Source of the DNA: a virus
Taxonomy: Duplodnaviria > Caudoviricetes
Reading direction: 5' to 3' (one strand)
IMG/VR virus record: IMGVR_UViG_3300017785_001899
Span: 1 to 32,365 of that record
DNA: 32,365 bases
How positions within the stretch are numbered: the first letter of the stretch is position 1; each line of letters begins with the position of its first letter. This document shows positions 1 to 10,400 of the stretch, one piece after another. The notes below the pieces were generated by a model. That model worked only from the letters and a program-made list of their open reading frames with translations. It had not been told where the DNA came from and ran no database searches. The translations under genes were made by a program, and so were the position numbers.

Positions 1-20
1 GGAGGGCCTTGTGCGCTCAT
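1..20 (-). CDS. 5' end of the next gene (MSAQGP...), truncated by the window edge
   Basis: An ATG at 20-18 overlaps the TGA of the 17..1666 gene (ATGA coupling), as at several other junctions in this window. Only 6 codons are visible. Confidence 0.4.
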
Positions 21-1666
21 AGATTAAAGTCTGTTTCTTTTAGCTCAACAATTTCACAAGAGCTATCGTTTCTTCCAATGCTGATCTGGAAGTGGTTTGA
101 TCCACCCCTAGACTTCAGCATAGCTCCATAGACAATCGCCACATTTGGCTTCCAGTGGAAGCACCCCGGAACGTAGCGCTCATCTCCACTGATTATTGGA
201 TACTTGCTGACGGCAATTGTTTTGAACGGAGGCTTTGACTCCATGATCGAAGCTCCGATGTGATACTGAAATGCTCCGTGCGCTCCATTGAGTCCCTCCC
301 CGGTTCGAGAGTGAAAGAACCGGATCATCCTGTCTCCATCCATCACGATAGATCCACCACGGATCTCGCCGTGATCCCATGTGGGGGATTCCGATTTGAA
401 CTCGGACGAAACCCTCGCTCCATCAACCTGAATCACCATCTGCTCTCCGTTTGAGTTTCCCCAAACGAAGTGAATCTTTCCATCGTGTTCAAATGGACAC
501 AGGTTTTTGACCATGCCGCTGAAGTCATTGTTTCGATAGACAGGCTGGATGTTCTGCGGGATCTCCCATCTTCCTTCTCGCTGAACCAACATACCATAGC
601 CAGCCACGCTCTTGAATTGGCCGAACGACTCTGTTGAGAGAACGTATGTCATCATCAGCTTTCCATTGTGATGAAACAGTCGAGCGTCCTCGAATGAGAA
701 TCCATCAAACGCTGATGGAAACTTAATGTCCGAAGTCAGAACTCCGTCGTTAATTGCCAGAACAGTTTTCCAGTCCTTAGATGGATGATACCTATGGGTT
801 GTTACCAGAACCTCTCCGTGCCATATCATGCCAAGGTTGTATCCGAACCTGTTTGAAAAGGCAGGGCATGACTTCACATTCATTGGCTCTTTCTTTTCGA
901 TGGCGTTCCTTGCTGTTCGGATCAACTCATCCTTCCTGCGCGGGAAGTCCGAATAGCGACAGTGCATCGAGAACCTGCTGCTCCATGCCGATCCATGCCA
1001 GCGCGAGGGCTTGTCGGTCACGAGCGCAATGACTGGTTTCGAGCAAGCCTTGCTCATGTGGAGATGGGCTGTCTCCACGGTGACGATGAGATCCGCCGCA
1101 TCCATCAGCGCCAGCACATCAAGCAAGTGAGGGGCCTGCACAGATGACAGTCGCACGATCTGATGCGACGGAAAGCTTTCGATCAGGAGCCTAGCCAGTT
1201 CCTCCTTGTGCGGAAACGGAGAGCTTTGGGAGTGATCGGCAAAGATGATGAAAGGCTTGTCTGTGATGCCTTCCTGAAAATGGTGAGCAACCCACTTTGG
1301 GTTAAGATTCTTTTCACGCGGGATCACCAGCGGCAACTTGTCCCACTTGTCCAGCATCCCGCCACGATCCCACTGATCGTATTGGAACGATGGATGACGG
1401 TGATGGAACTCGAACCCCTTGCCATGAAGCTGCGTCACCTTCACGTCCCTGCTGGCCTCTTTTGCGAACTTGATAGATCCAGACAAGTCCTGCATTGAGC
1501 CGTCAAACTTTACCACTTTGACGTAATCAACACCGCTCAGAAGCTCGCTGTATGGGCGCACGGTCACAATCTCCGGCTTCACTCCAGACTTGATGTAATC
1601 GTGATGGATCATCGGTAACGCACTAAGTATGTCTCCATACTTGGATGTTTGAACCCATGTGGACAT
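17..1666 (-). CDS. Glycosyltransferase family 9-like (GT-B) domain fused to a C-terminal five-bladed beta-propeller glycoside hydrolase/phosphorylase-like domain (GH130/GH43-like)
   Basis: The N-terminal KYGDILSALP and ADLIVTVETAHLHMSKACSKPVIAL match the GT9 heptosyltransferase-type motifs (GD..L..P; DSG..HLA.A...P...L). The C-terminal half has GYNLGM, FEDARLF, KNLCPF and IRGGS motifs typical of GH130-like propellers. Confidence 0.7.
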   Translation of the reverse strand: MSTWVQTSKYGDILSALPMIHHDYIKSGVKPEIVTVRPYSELLSGVDYVKVVKFDGSMQDLSGSIKFAKEASRDVKVTQLHGKGFEFHHRHPSFQYDQWDRGGMLDKWDKLPLVIPREKNLNPKWVAHHFQEGITDKPFIIFADHSQSSPFPHKEELARLLIESFPSHQIVRLSSVQAPHLLDVLALMDAADLIVTVETAHLHMSKACSKPVIALVTDKPSRWHGSAWSSRFSMHCRYSDFPRRKDELIRTARNAIEKKEPMNVKSCPAFSNRFGYNLGMIWHGEVLVTTHRYHPSKDWKTVLAINDGVLTSDIKFPSAFDGFSFEDARLFHHNGKLMMTYVLSTESFGQFKSVAGYGMLVQREGRWEIPQNIQPVYRNNDFSGMVKNLCPFEHDGKIHFVWGNSNGEQMVIQVDGARVSSEFKSESPTWDHGEIRGGSIVMDGDRMIRFFHSRTGEGLNGAHGAFQYHIGASIMESKPPFKTIAVSKYPIISGDERYVPGCFHWKPNVAIVYGAMLKSRGGSNHFQISIGRNDSSCEIVELKETDFNL

Positions 1667-1672
1667 CTGGCC

Positions 1673-1882
1673 TCAGTTAAAAGCTGGCTCTGGTGGTTGC
1701 TCTGGTGGAAAGAATCCAGTCAGTCGAAACGTGACGGTCTGCTTTCCATCGTTCACAGAGATGGCCTCGAACAGGAACGCCCCGACCCTAATCTTGGACT
1801 TCACAGGAACAAGAGAGGCGACGGATAGTTTGTCCCCGTCTGGAATGTCCAGAAGGGGAACGTAGCGATCTTGGCTGCTCAT
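1673..1882 (-). CDS. Hypothetical protein, 69 aa
   Basis: Fills the gap between coupled genes, with an ATGA overlap with the upstream 77-aa gene. Confidence 0.6.
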   Translation of the reverse strand: MSSQDRYVPLLDIPDGDKLSVASLVPVKSKIRVGAFLFEAISVNDGKQTVTFRLTGFFPPEQPPEPAFN

Positions 1883-2112
1883 ACTGGTTCGTATGTCTCC
1901 TCGAAGATGTCCGGTTTGCAGGGGTAGAACTCGCCCTTCACCCCTTTAATTATCCAGTCACCGATGTCCCCTTGCATCACACCTTCCAGCGTTTGTATGA
2001 CGACCTTCCCATCATGCACACCATGCGGGGCAGCAAAGGAGTTGATTTGCCTCGTGTTGTTTCCAATCCATTGGACGGCTTCGATTACGATTGGTTTCTT
2101 TCGGTATTTCAT
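1879..2112 (-). CDS. Conserved small phage protein (YRKKPxxIEAVQW...TLEG...GDWIIKG..GEFYPCKPDIFE.TYE family), function unknown
   Basis: Matches a widespread small phage protein signature. ATGA overlap with the scaffold-like gene. Confidence 0.85.
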   Translation of the reverse strand: MKYRKKPIVIEAVQWIGNNTRQINSFAAPHGVHDGKVVIQTLEGVMQGDIGDWIIKGVKGEFYPCKPDIFEETYEPV

Positions 2113-3269
2113 ACTTTGTCAAACTCAGCAGCCATTGAGTTGATGTCCTTGACGGGTGCGGCAGGAGCGCCACTGGACGGCGCTGTTGTTGCGCTGCCGG
2201 GATCGGCCTTCTTGAACTTACCCAACTCAGCCTTGAGCGATTCAATCTCAGCAGTGGCCCTCGTGAGCGCAGCGGCGACACGAGGCATGGCGGCAAAACG
2301 AGCGCGGATCACGGCAGACACAGCAGCCCGCTCATCTGGCTTCATCGTTCCGAGAGTGGTCTTGAGCGTGTCGAACTTATCGTAACCCTCAGTCAGGATC
2401 TTCGAGCCTTCAGGATCTGCGTCAGATGGCGCGAAATACTTCGATCCAATCGGATGAGCCTTCAAGCTCTCGGAAGAGGCGCTGAAGTGAGACTCATATT
2501 CCTCCTCCTCCCGTTTGCTGAGAGTCTCTTTTTCGAGACGCGAGTTTTCGCTCTTCTCAGCGTGTTCAGAAACGGCGATGCTGGCAGCTTCACGGATGCG
2601 ACCAATCTCGTTGATTCGAGCCATCACTCGATGTGCCGAACGACCAAACGAGTCGTGGATGAAAGCGTCCTGCTCGCTGATCGGCAGGCTCAGTGCCTTC
2701 CTGAAATCAGCTTCTGTGGCCGGGCGGGTTTTGGGTTCTCCATCCTGAGTGAAGGAGATGGTCAGGTTCTTAACCTCGTCAATCGCCTGCTTCAGTTCGC
2801 GATTGTAGGGAAGCACGAACTTGTTCGAGTATTCCTCTGAACGAGTGAAGTCAGCTTCTGCGGCTCGCTGCTTCCAATTCTTCTCACCCTCGGACAATTG
2901 AGCGATCCGATCCTCAAGGGCCTTGATCTTACCAGCATCAGCAGGGGCTTCGACGGTCTTGCTCTTGATGGCGTCAACCTGATCCTGAAGTGCCTTCTCC
3001 TTTGCCGCTGCGTTCTTCTTGAACGACTCGAACACCTTCCAAGCCTTCGGATTCGATTTGATTACAGCCTCGTCGTCGGAAGGCTTGGCTGCTTCGGGCG
3101 GTTTTGCAGCGGGCTTGGCTGGCTCAGGCTTGGCTGGCTCTGGTGGTGACGCTACTGCCTGCCTGTCGAGATCCGCCATCAATCCATCAATGCCTCCAGA
3201 TTGGGGCGATGACGGGGCTGGAGCGGGTGCTGCTGGTGGTGCTGGTGCTGCTGGTGCGATGTCTGGCAT
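2109..3269 (-). CDS. Putative capsid scaffolding protein
   Basis: Pro/Ala-rich disordered N-terminus, long charged coiled-coil body and position two genes after the portal. A-rich leader (AATAAATAATT-ATG). Confidence 0.55.
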   Translation of the reverse strand: MPDIAPAAPAPPAAPAPAPSSPQSGGIDGLMADLDRQAVASPPEPAKPEPAKPAAKPPEAAKPSDDEAVIKSNPKAWKVFESFKKNAAAKEKALQDQVDAIKSKTVEAPADAGKIKALEDRIAQLSEGEKNWKQRAAEADFTRSEEYSNKFVLPYNRELKQAIDEVKNLTISFTQDGEPKTRPATEADFRKALSLPISEQDAFIHDSFGRSAHRVMARINEIGRIREAASIAVSEHAEKSENSRLEKETLSKREEEEYESHFSASSESLKAHPIGSKYFAPSDADPEGSKILTEGYDKFDTLKTTLGTMKPDERAAVSAVIRARFAAMPRVAAALTRATAEIESLKAELGKFKKADPGSATTAPSSGAPAAPVKDINSMAAEFDKV

Positions 3270-3286
3270 AATTATTTATTGGTTTG

Positions 3287-3544
3287 TTAGAGTGGAAGTT
3301 CTTTGAGTGTTTTCATCGGCATCTGTTTGGGTTCTTTATCTTCAAGACAGATGTTGAGAAGGATGGATCTGAACTGGACAGCGCCATGAATCTGCTCTGC
3401 TGAACAACCTCGTTCAGCCAGCGCAGCCTCTGAAAAGATCATAGCCGTTTTCATCAGAGGCGAGTTAATCATGTCTGCCAATTCCGCCACAGCGGGAGCG
3501 TCAAACACCTTCTGGAAATGTTCCTTAGCGGATAAAGCAATCAT
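3287..3544 (-). CDS. Small helical protein between portal and scaffold (position of Bbp19-like proteins)
   Basis: 85-aa ORF in the usual portal-small protein-scaffold position, preceded by its own promoter-like element. Confidence 0.7.
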   Translation of the reverse strand: MIALSAKEHFQKVFDAPAVAELADMINSPLMKTAMIFSEAALAERGCSAEQIHGAVQFRSILLNICLEDKEPKQMPMKTLKELPL

Positions 3545-3581
3545 TGAGACGACAATAACCCTATTAGCAGATTAGTGTCAA
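3545..3581 (-). promoter_or_regulatory. Sigma70-type promoter, probably leaderless
   Basis: TTGACA (3581-3576, overlapping the portal TGA), 18 nt, TATTGT (3557-3552), 7 nt, ATG 3544. Confidence 0.6.
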
Positions 3582-5917
3582 TCAGCTTTTGGCTGTGCTG
3601 GAGCGGCTTTGGCCTTTTTCTTCATGGATTCGATTTCCGCCTCTGTCTTTTTGAACAGGGCCTCAATCTCAGCCTTGGCCTTGGCTTGCAACATTGTGAT
3701 GTCGGCAACGAACCCGGCGTTTGCGATCTGCATTTTCTGCGAGAACTCAGCCTCGCGCTGCTGGAACTTCTGCTCGAAGCTGGCCTCGTTGATCTGCTGC
3801 TTCTGCTGTGCGGCCTGAGCGGTTGCTTGAGCTTTTGCCTCCGCTTCGGGGTCTTGCTGCTGTTGGCTCGCCGCTTCCTGCTGGCGTTGAGCAAATGCTT
3901 TGACCATGTTCATCAGGCGACCCACTTCCTTGCCTGCGGCTGTGACGAACTCCTTGTTCTCAGGGTTCTGAGACATGAACTGGAGGTTCTGCTCGATGTG
4001 TTGAGAAACCATCCCAAGCCCTATCACGTCCTGCTGTGTTCCAACCTCGTCGGTCTGTGAGATTCGATCTATCACGGAACTCATCTTCTCGATCAACTTC
4101 GCGACATACTCTTGGCGCTCGATTCCTTCGCGCATACCAACTTCGACTCCGAGCATCAGGTTCGGGAACACTTCGTCTGCGGCCATCGTTCCAGCCGTTA
4201 CTGTCGGGGGCTGGTTCGGAACGAGAAGCTCTCCGAGAGCGGGGTTTCGAGTGATGGTGCTAACCCACATGCGATCAATCGTTCTCTGTGAGGATTGGTC
4301 GAAAGCCGCTTTGTTTTGGAACAGCGCTGTTGACTCCTGTTGGGCCAAAGCCTGATCGCCACCACCAAGAACACGGTCAGAGTCAACCTGCCAAAATTCG
4401 GCCACCATGAGTTCATCAGGGATCTCATCTTTCTTGCACCGTTTTCTGAACTCAACCACATCAGGATCGTCAGAGTTTGGAAGCAGAAAGCGGCGAACGA
4501 TCTCCTCGTCCTTGAACATCTCAAGCGCATACATCATGTCCAGCATCGAGCTAACCATCTTGTTCGCTGACTGGAGGCGGATCTGAGCCTCTCCGAGCGT
4601 CTGCTCCTTGCTCGTTCCGCTGTCAACGTCCTGAACGAAAGAAGCGCTGCTCTCGGACATCAACTGACGACTCTCAGCCATTGCGCTCTCAACGAGTCTT
4701 GGATCAATCTGGTGACGCTCCTGCTGTGGGATGATTTCAACACCCTGCTCTACCACACCGTATGGGCGCAGGTTGAAAACCTTTGGACGATCACGATCTG
4801 TCGGGTTCTGAACCCGGATCAGCATGAGCATGTTCTCGAACACATGCTGCATCCACTGGCAGCGCAATCGGTTCATGCACTCGATAGTCGCGAAGATGGC
4901 TTCGCCAAGCCCGCGAGTGGAGTGATAGGTCTGTGGAGGGACGAGGTTGCAGTCCCCGTATTGGATGCTGGTGATGCTATCAACGCTGCTCGCGAACTCG
5001 CGCTTACCACCATCAAAAACGAACTTTTCTGAAATGGAAAGCTTGTCCACACCCTCGGCTGATGCGACTTCCTTGAGGCAAATCTTGCGATACCAATGCT
5101 CTTCGTTTTCGCTTCCACCAGATTCACTCCGGTAATACCAAGCGATAAGATGAACCTTCGGGACAGCATCGGAATCAGCAACGACTTGGTTCTGCTTCCA
5201 GATATTGACCATCTCCTCCGGCCTGTCCACCCAGTTGTATTGATCGTTGTTCTTGTTGAGCTTTCCGTATGCTGAAAGGATCTTTCTCACCACTTCGAGA
5301 TCCCATCCAGATTCTTTTGCCTTCTCCGAGTTGCCGTGAGTCATCTTCATCAACTCATACGGAGTCAGGTAGAGGTTGACCGCAAAGTGAGTCAGGTTGG
5401 TCAAGTCTTGAAGAGTCCCAGTGGGGATCAGAAAATCCTCAAGCGGGATGAACTTCGGCATCCAATCAAAATTGTTGGGCCACATCAATACCCCAATCCC
5501 ATGAAGCACGAGTGATGCGTTTCTGTTCTTGAGAAGGTAGAGATATTTCTTACCGCTCTTTCCACGCTTCAGTGCGCGGTTCAAGTTGGCTGTGAATTTC
5601 GCGCTTCGATCATAGCGCTTCTCGGTCTTACCAGCCAGAAGTGTGCATGTTACGAAATTGCCTTTGTGGAGAAGCGCGTTGTTGACCTGTCGGTTTGCGT
5701 CCTGAAGGATCTTTGAACCCTCACCCCAGTTCACGTTGATCTGGATCTGGTTCTCAGCAACCTCTTCGTCTGTGTAGGGGCGGCGACCATTCATCAGAGA
5801 ATTGATGAGCGCACGATTGCTCGCACGGATCCGCTCCGGCTGTTGCATTAACTCAACCGCTGCCAGAACAGCTTCTGGAGTTCCGTAATCCGGTGTGTTT
5901 TTAATTTGATCGCTCAT
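3578..5917 (-). CDS. Portal protein (P22-like, with Gln-rich C-terminal coiled-coil barrel)
   Basis: 779 aa with a portal-like layout: RGLGEAI, a T..EAQIR..SAN segment and a long Q/A/E-rich helical tail. It precedes the small protein and scaffold. Confidence 0.7.
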   Translation of the reverse strand: MSDQIKNTPDYGTPEAVLAAVELMQQPERIRASNRALINSLMNGRRPYTDEEVAENQIQINVNWGEGSKILQDANRQVNNALLHKGNFVTCTLLAGKTEKRYDRSAKFTANLNRALKRGKSGKKYLYLLKNRNASLVLHGIGVLMWPNNFDWMPKFIPLEDFLIPTGTLQDLTNLTHFAVNLYLTPYELMKMTHGNSEKAKESGWDLEVVRKILSAYGKLNKNNDQYNWVDRPEEMVNIWKQNQVVADSDAVPKVHLIAWYYRSESGGSENEEHWYRKICLKEVASAEGVDKLSISEKFVFDGGKREFASSVDSITSIQYGDCNLVPPQTYHSTRGLGEAIFATIECMNRLRCQWMQHVFENMLMLIRVQNPTDRDRPKVFNLRPYGVVEQGVEIIPQQERHQIDPRLVESAMAESRQLMSESSASFVQDVDSGTSKEQTLGEAQIRLQSANKMVSSMLDMMYALEMFKDEEIVRRFLLPNSDDPDVVEFRKRCKKDEIPDELMVAEFWQVDSDRVLGGGDQALAQQESTALFQNKAAFDQSSQRTIDRMWVSTITRNPALGELLVPNQPPTVTAGTMAADEVFPNLMLGVEVGMREGIERQEYVAKLIEKMSSVIDRISQTDEVGTQQDVIGLGMVSQHIEQNLQFMSQNPENKEFVTAAGKEVGRLMNMVKAFAQRQQEAASQQQQDPEAEAKAQATAQAAQQKQQINEASFEQKFQQREAEFSQKMQIANAGFVADITMLQAKAKAEIEALFKKTEAEIESMKKKAKAAPAQPKAD

Positions 5918-6648
5918 ACAATTCCTTGTTCTCTTTTCTGGCGGCGAGTGAGGCGAGGAAGCTGATCCTCATTGCTGGGTGTTTCAGTCATGTTCTCAGC
6001 GAATATACCCATCTTGTCGCCGTGAACAAGAACAGCGCTGTTGGAGATACTGGATAGGCTCTCCACAGTCGAGATGTTGAGGTATTGGATCATGTCGGTT
6101 GGAGTCGCCCGGCGCACAACCTCTGTTGATGTAATCAGCGGGAACGGAGCATCACCCTGACACAGTTTATCCAACTCGAAACTTGCACCTGTGAAATAGA
6201 CACCGCATCGGGCCATGAACTTCTGACCACCGGGCTGAGATGAGATGAGTCCGAGATACTTCCTTGGCTGCGCGTCGTAGGCTTCTGCCAAGTCTTTCAT
6301 CCACGATGGCTTCACAGGGACGCAATCAGGTTCGAGCCACACCCAAGGCCAGCGGAACTGGTGCATGGCCATCATCGCTGCGTGACGGAACAGATTATTC
6401 ATCTGCCTGAACTTGTCGTTCAGATACTGCTCCGCAACCGTGGGGGCAATTGTTTCTTCAACGGTTTCATAAGCGAGTTCCGCTGCGATCTTGACCTTCA
6501 TTCGCATCTCGGCGTGAACGTCATCATTCACAACCAGAAGAGCGTGTCCGATGGATTTCTTTCCATTCAGGCGATACACATGGTCACAGGCGCGTTCTGC
6601 TTGAACAGCATCGTTAGCGCAGTAGGGGATTACAACAAGGAGTTTCAC
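5914..6648 (-). CDS. Putative GT-A fold glycosyltransferase
   Basis: N-terminal beta strand KLLVVIPY, WVWLEPDCVP (DxD-equivalent) and a C-terminal VLVHGDK. Start moved from the track's 6666 to GTG 6648, which overlaps the upstream TGA (GTGA). Confidence 0.55.
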   Translation of the reverse strand: MKLLVVIPYCANDAVQAERACDHVYRLNGKKSIGHALLVVNDDVHAEMRMKVKIAAELAYETVEETIAPTVAEQYLNDKFRQMNNLFRHAAMMAMHQFRWPWVWLEPDCVPVKPSWMKDLAEAYDAQPRKYLGLISSQPGGQKFMARCGVYFTGASFELDKLCQGDAPFPLITSTEVVRRATPTDMIQYLNISTVESLSSISNSAVLVHGDKMGIFAENMTETPSNEDQLPRLTRRQKREQGIV

Positions 6649-7013
6649 GGTTTCAATTTCCAACAATGTGACGGAAGAGCAGATCGCTCTGCTGCGGTTA
6701 AATGTTTAGCTACCCTGATCTGCGGCTCCCAAATAAGAAGCCTAAGAACACACCCACAAGACTCGCACTTGTGAAGCTGCTTTTCTCCATTAACTCGAAG
6801 TGATGCGTCGTTCTTGATCTCAAGAATCTTGCGGGCAAAATCAGCCCCGGCGCTTGTGGCGAACCCGACTTCGACATTGTTTGGACACGTCAAGCAAACG
6901 TCGGCGCGAGATTGAGCCTCTTCTTTAGGAACAATAATTGCACCAGAGCCAAGCCAAGCTGTGATGGCCTCAACCCCTCCGGCAACTTGATATGCTTTTT
7001 CGAGGAGTGTCAT
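6645..7013 (-). CDS. Cys-rich putative zinc-binding protein
   Basis: R..VCLTCP, CESCGC and LPSHCW motifs. ATGA-coupled to the upstream gene. Confidence 0.75.
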   Translation of the reverse strand: MTLLEKAYQVAGGVEAITAWLGSGAIIVPKEEAQSRADVCLTCPNNVEVGFATSAGADFARKILEIKNDASLRVNGEKQLHKCESCGCVLRLLIWEPQIRVAKHLTAAERSALPSHCWKLKP

Positions 7014-7426
7014 TGGCGTTCAGCACCGCAAGCTTTGCATTTGTATCCAGTAATGCGCTGACCACCACAGGTCGGGCAGTAGATCGGATCAGTCTCTGTC
7101 GCGCCACAGACACAAGATCCACCCGGCCCGCCAGCGCTTGCACTGACCTGAACAGTCGGCGGCATACCGGGATCGTCAGGGCCACCAACGAACAGCCACG
7201 GCATCTGAGCGTTCTTTTGGGCGAAGATCTCCTGAACTATGCTATCGAAGCCTCCAGCGCCTTCAGGATAAAGCTTTGGATTGGCTTCGCGATGAGCGCC
7301 AACCTTAGCGGCGATCATCTCGGCGTTCCCCTCGTAGCCGTTGAAGATCATTCCAGTTTTGGGATCTTGGAACGGAAACCCACCGGGAGGATACCCTGCG
7401 TTTGGATTCTTCAGTTGCAGACTCAT
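7010..7426 (-). CDS. Hypothetical protein with C-terminal zinc ribbon
   Basis: PPGGFPFQDPKTG N-terminus and CVCG, CPTCGG, CKACG motifs. ATGA overlap with the stop of the giant gene. Confidence 0.75.
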   Translation of the reverse strand: MSLQLKNPNAGYPPGGFPFQDPKTGMIFNGYEGNAEMIAAKVGAHREANPKLYPEGAGGFDSIVQEIFAQKNAQMPWLFVGGPDDPGMPPTVQVSASAGGPGGSCVCGATETDPIYCPTCGGQRITGYKCKACGAERQ

Positions 7427-10400
7427 TTTCTGTATTCCTTAATTACTTTTCCTTTTGCGTCCAGAGCTTCTGGATCAATCTTTTCTTGAATGTCCATTTT
7501 CACTTCGTCGCGGATCGGAGCGAGGGATTCTTTGAAATACTCTTCGTATTCATCAGGTGTGACTGTCTTGAGATAATCAGCATCAACAAGCATCACCTCT
7601 CGCCACCGCTTGATGACAGTAGTTTGATACTCATAGCTCTCCTTTGGCAAGTCCTTAGCAGATAATTGTTGACCGTTCTTGATCCAAGTTGGAGACGGAT
7701 CTGGATGATGCGGGAACCCGCCCTTTGAAATAATGGATGAAAGGGCGGCAACCACTGGATCTCTCTTCGCCTTAGCTGCGACGATTCGAGATTGGGGCGT
7801 GAGCATGTTCTCGACTGGTAATCCAGCCATTCCGTATTCAGGGCCTTCACCAACCAGCCTTCTAACAAATGGAAATCCACGAATCCAATAATCAATCCCG
7901 CTTGTTGGCTTATATGTGTTCGGATCAAAGAACGTGTCAATTTCACGGAGGGTTGAATTGAATGGGATAAGTCCCGCCACGTTTCCAGCCTGCTGCGCGA
8001 CGAGCCTGTTTAGGGCCGACGCGCTTTCATCCGTGTTCATTGCTGAGATGCCAAGGGTTCTGGATAAACCGCTAACCACGCTGAGATCTTTGATGTAGAA
8101 CAGACCAGAAGCCCACGCATCAACCATTCTCGTCATGGATTCGTCTGGCGACATGCGCTTACCATCCTTGCGCTCCTTGTCCCGCATGTTTCCGATCATC
8201 GCCAGAGCGCCACCGAACGGAAGGTTTCCGTAGTTGATCCAGCGACCACCGACACGGATCGAGAGCGGACGCTCACCTGCCTCAATCTTGTCCTTCCTCT
8301 GCTGGGGTGTGAGTCCATACCACGATCCAGACACATCAAACTTGTCCTCATCATCGTCGCCGCCACCACGAGTCATGGCGTAAGCGATTGCCGCGAGAGC
8401 AAGCCCGCTCACCTGTGCCGCTGCGATGAGCCTGCGGCGATCATCAGGGATTGGGTTTCCTTCATTGTCCAAGATTCCAAACACCCTAGACCAGTGCATG
8501 TGTGGAGCCTTCTTCCCGATGATCGCACGAGCGTAATTCACACCACCCACGATGGGCATCCAGTTGGAAGCGCTCTGAGTCATGTTGATGGCAGCACGAG
8601 CAAAGGCGAGTCCAGCAGCGGTCTTTGTTACGAACGCTGTGAACGCTGCGGCTGGCTTGCTCGATCCAGTTCCCATCTGTATTGCGCGAGGCATTGATTC
8701 GAGCAGGCGATAGACGACACCACCCCATCCGACAGGTTGAGCGTTGAGCGCTGCGATCTCACCAAGAACAGTGGCGTTGTCTTTGACCTGCTGGCTGATT
8801 CCAGCCTCAAGTATCTCAAGCTGGCGAGCGCGGACATCAACCCACTTGGCGTCAGGCCCAAGCTCTGCCTGAGCCTGCTTCTTGGCCTGTGCTGATTTCT
8901 CCTTGTCGAAGCGTGTCATCGCCTTCTGAAGCTCTTCAGGGCTGTCGAGGAGCGCGTTGTAGATCACGCCGGATCCGCGAGTTCCGATTGCTCCAACGTA
9001 GTCCAGACCGACAACAGCGCGGCGAACGTAGCTTGTGAGTCCAAGCGCCTTCTGCCAGTTGTTTCCGTGCTTCAGCCAACCTTCGAGAGAGTCGAGCTTG
9101 CCTTGACCTGAGAGCAGTCTGTTGATGTTTCCAGAGAACTCGGCGCGGCGAGTGTAGTCACCAGTCTTGAACACGTCCCAGCCGTTCGCGACACCTTCGA
9201 GAGAGTCAGATAGGAACGCTTGCAGGATTCTACCAGCGGTGCCGGGCCTGCGCTTCAAGATCGCTGCGTCCATCGCTTGCTGTGCCGCCATGATCGCGCC
9301 GTGGATCCATGATCCTGTGAGGATCGCGGTCAGGGTTCGAGTTCCAGACAGAGCGTTGTTATACCAGTAGTCCCGAACGATGTCCAAGGGGTGAGCAGGA
9401 GTTGACTGCTGGATCACGTCAATCATCTGCTGGAGAATCTTGTTCTGGAGAACACCCTCCGGCTTGGTTTGAGCCTCCTGAGCGAGCTTGGTGAGCTTTG
9501 TGGCTGCTTCACCTGTGAGAGATGGAAGCCCAAGCTCTTTGGCAAATGCGTTCAGGAAAGCTGAGTCGTCGAGCGTTCCGAGGTTGGCCTGACGGATGAG
9601 TTCGGGGAGAACTTTCTTGAACAGCTTCTCTCCAGCCTCGACAGTTGGGAGCTTGATCCGCTTTGCGAACTCGCGTTTGAAAACCTGCATACGAGCGGCT
9701 TCCCACGCCTTGCTCAGTGCGTTCTCAAGCATCACAGATTGCTCAGGTGTCAGACCCTGAAGCTTCGGATGCTTTCTGATCTCAGCAAGGAGATGCTCTC
9801 TGCGCTCTTTCTGTGTGGCTCTGCTCTCGTCCAAGAAAAGTTCAGACCAGTTGATGCCACCTTCTGATGCTGCCTTGTTGAGGATCGCAGCTATCTTTGA
9901 GTCGCTTTTCAGCAACGCTGCGGTGAGCGCGGACTGCTTCTCTTTTTCCTTCTGGAGCTTCCACTGCTTCCTGATCTCGATCTCACGCTTGACGATTGAT
10001 GTGAGGATTCTGCGCTTGGTTGCAGCAATGCCAATGTTCTCAAGTGTCGCATCAAATTCAGATTCTTTGATGTCTCCATTGAGCATCCCCTTCACAGCCT
10101 CTTTCACGCCATTGGCCTGCTTCGCTCTTTCGGCTGGGGGAGTGTCTGACTGAGACTTGGCGAACTCGCTGATTACGGCATCAACCTGATTCTCTGCCGT
10201 AGCACCGAGGCGCAAGGCGATCATGGCCTGCGCTCTGAGCTTCCGCATCTCGGCCTGATTCTTCTTTCTGTCCTGAGCCTCTTTCGGCTTTGCATCATCC
10301 CACTGCTTTCTGATCGCTCGCTCACGCTGAGAAACCGAAAGGAGAATGTCGGTTGTGCCTTTGGCAATTCCCAACATATCCATCGTGGATGAGAACTCGG

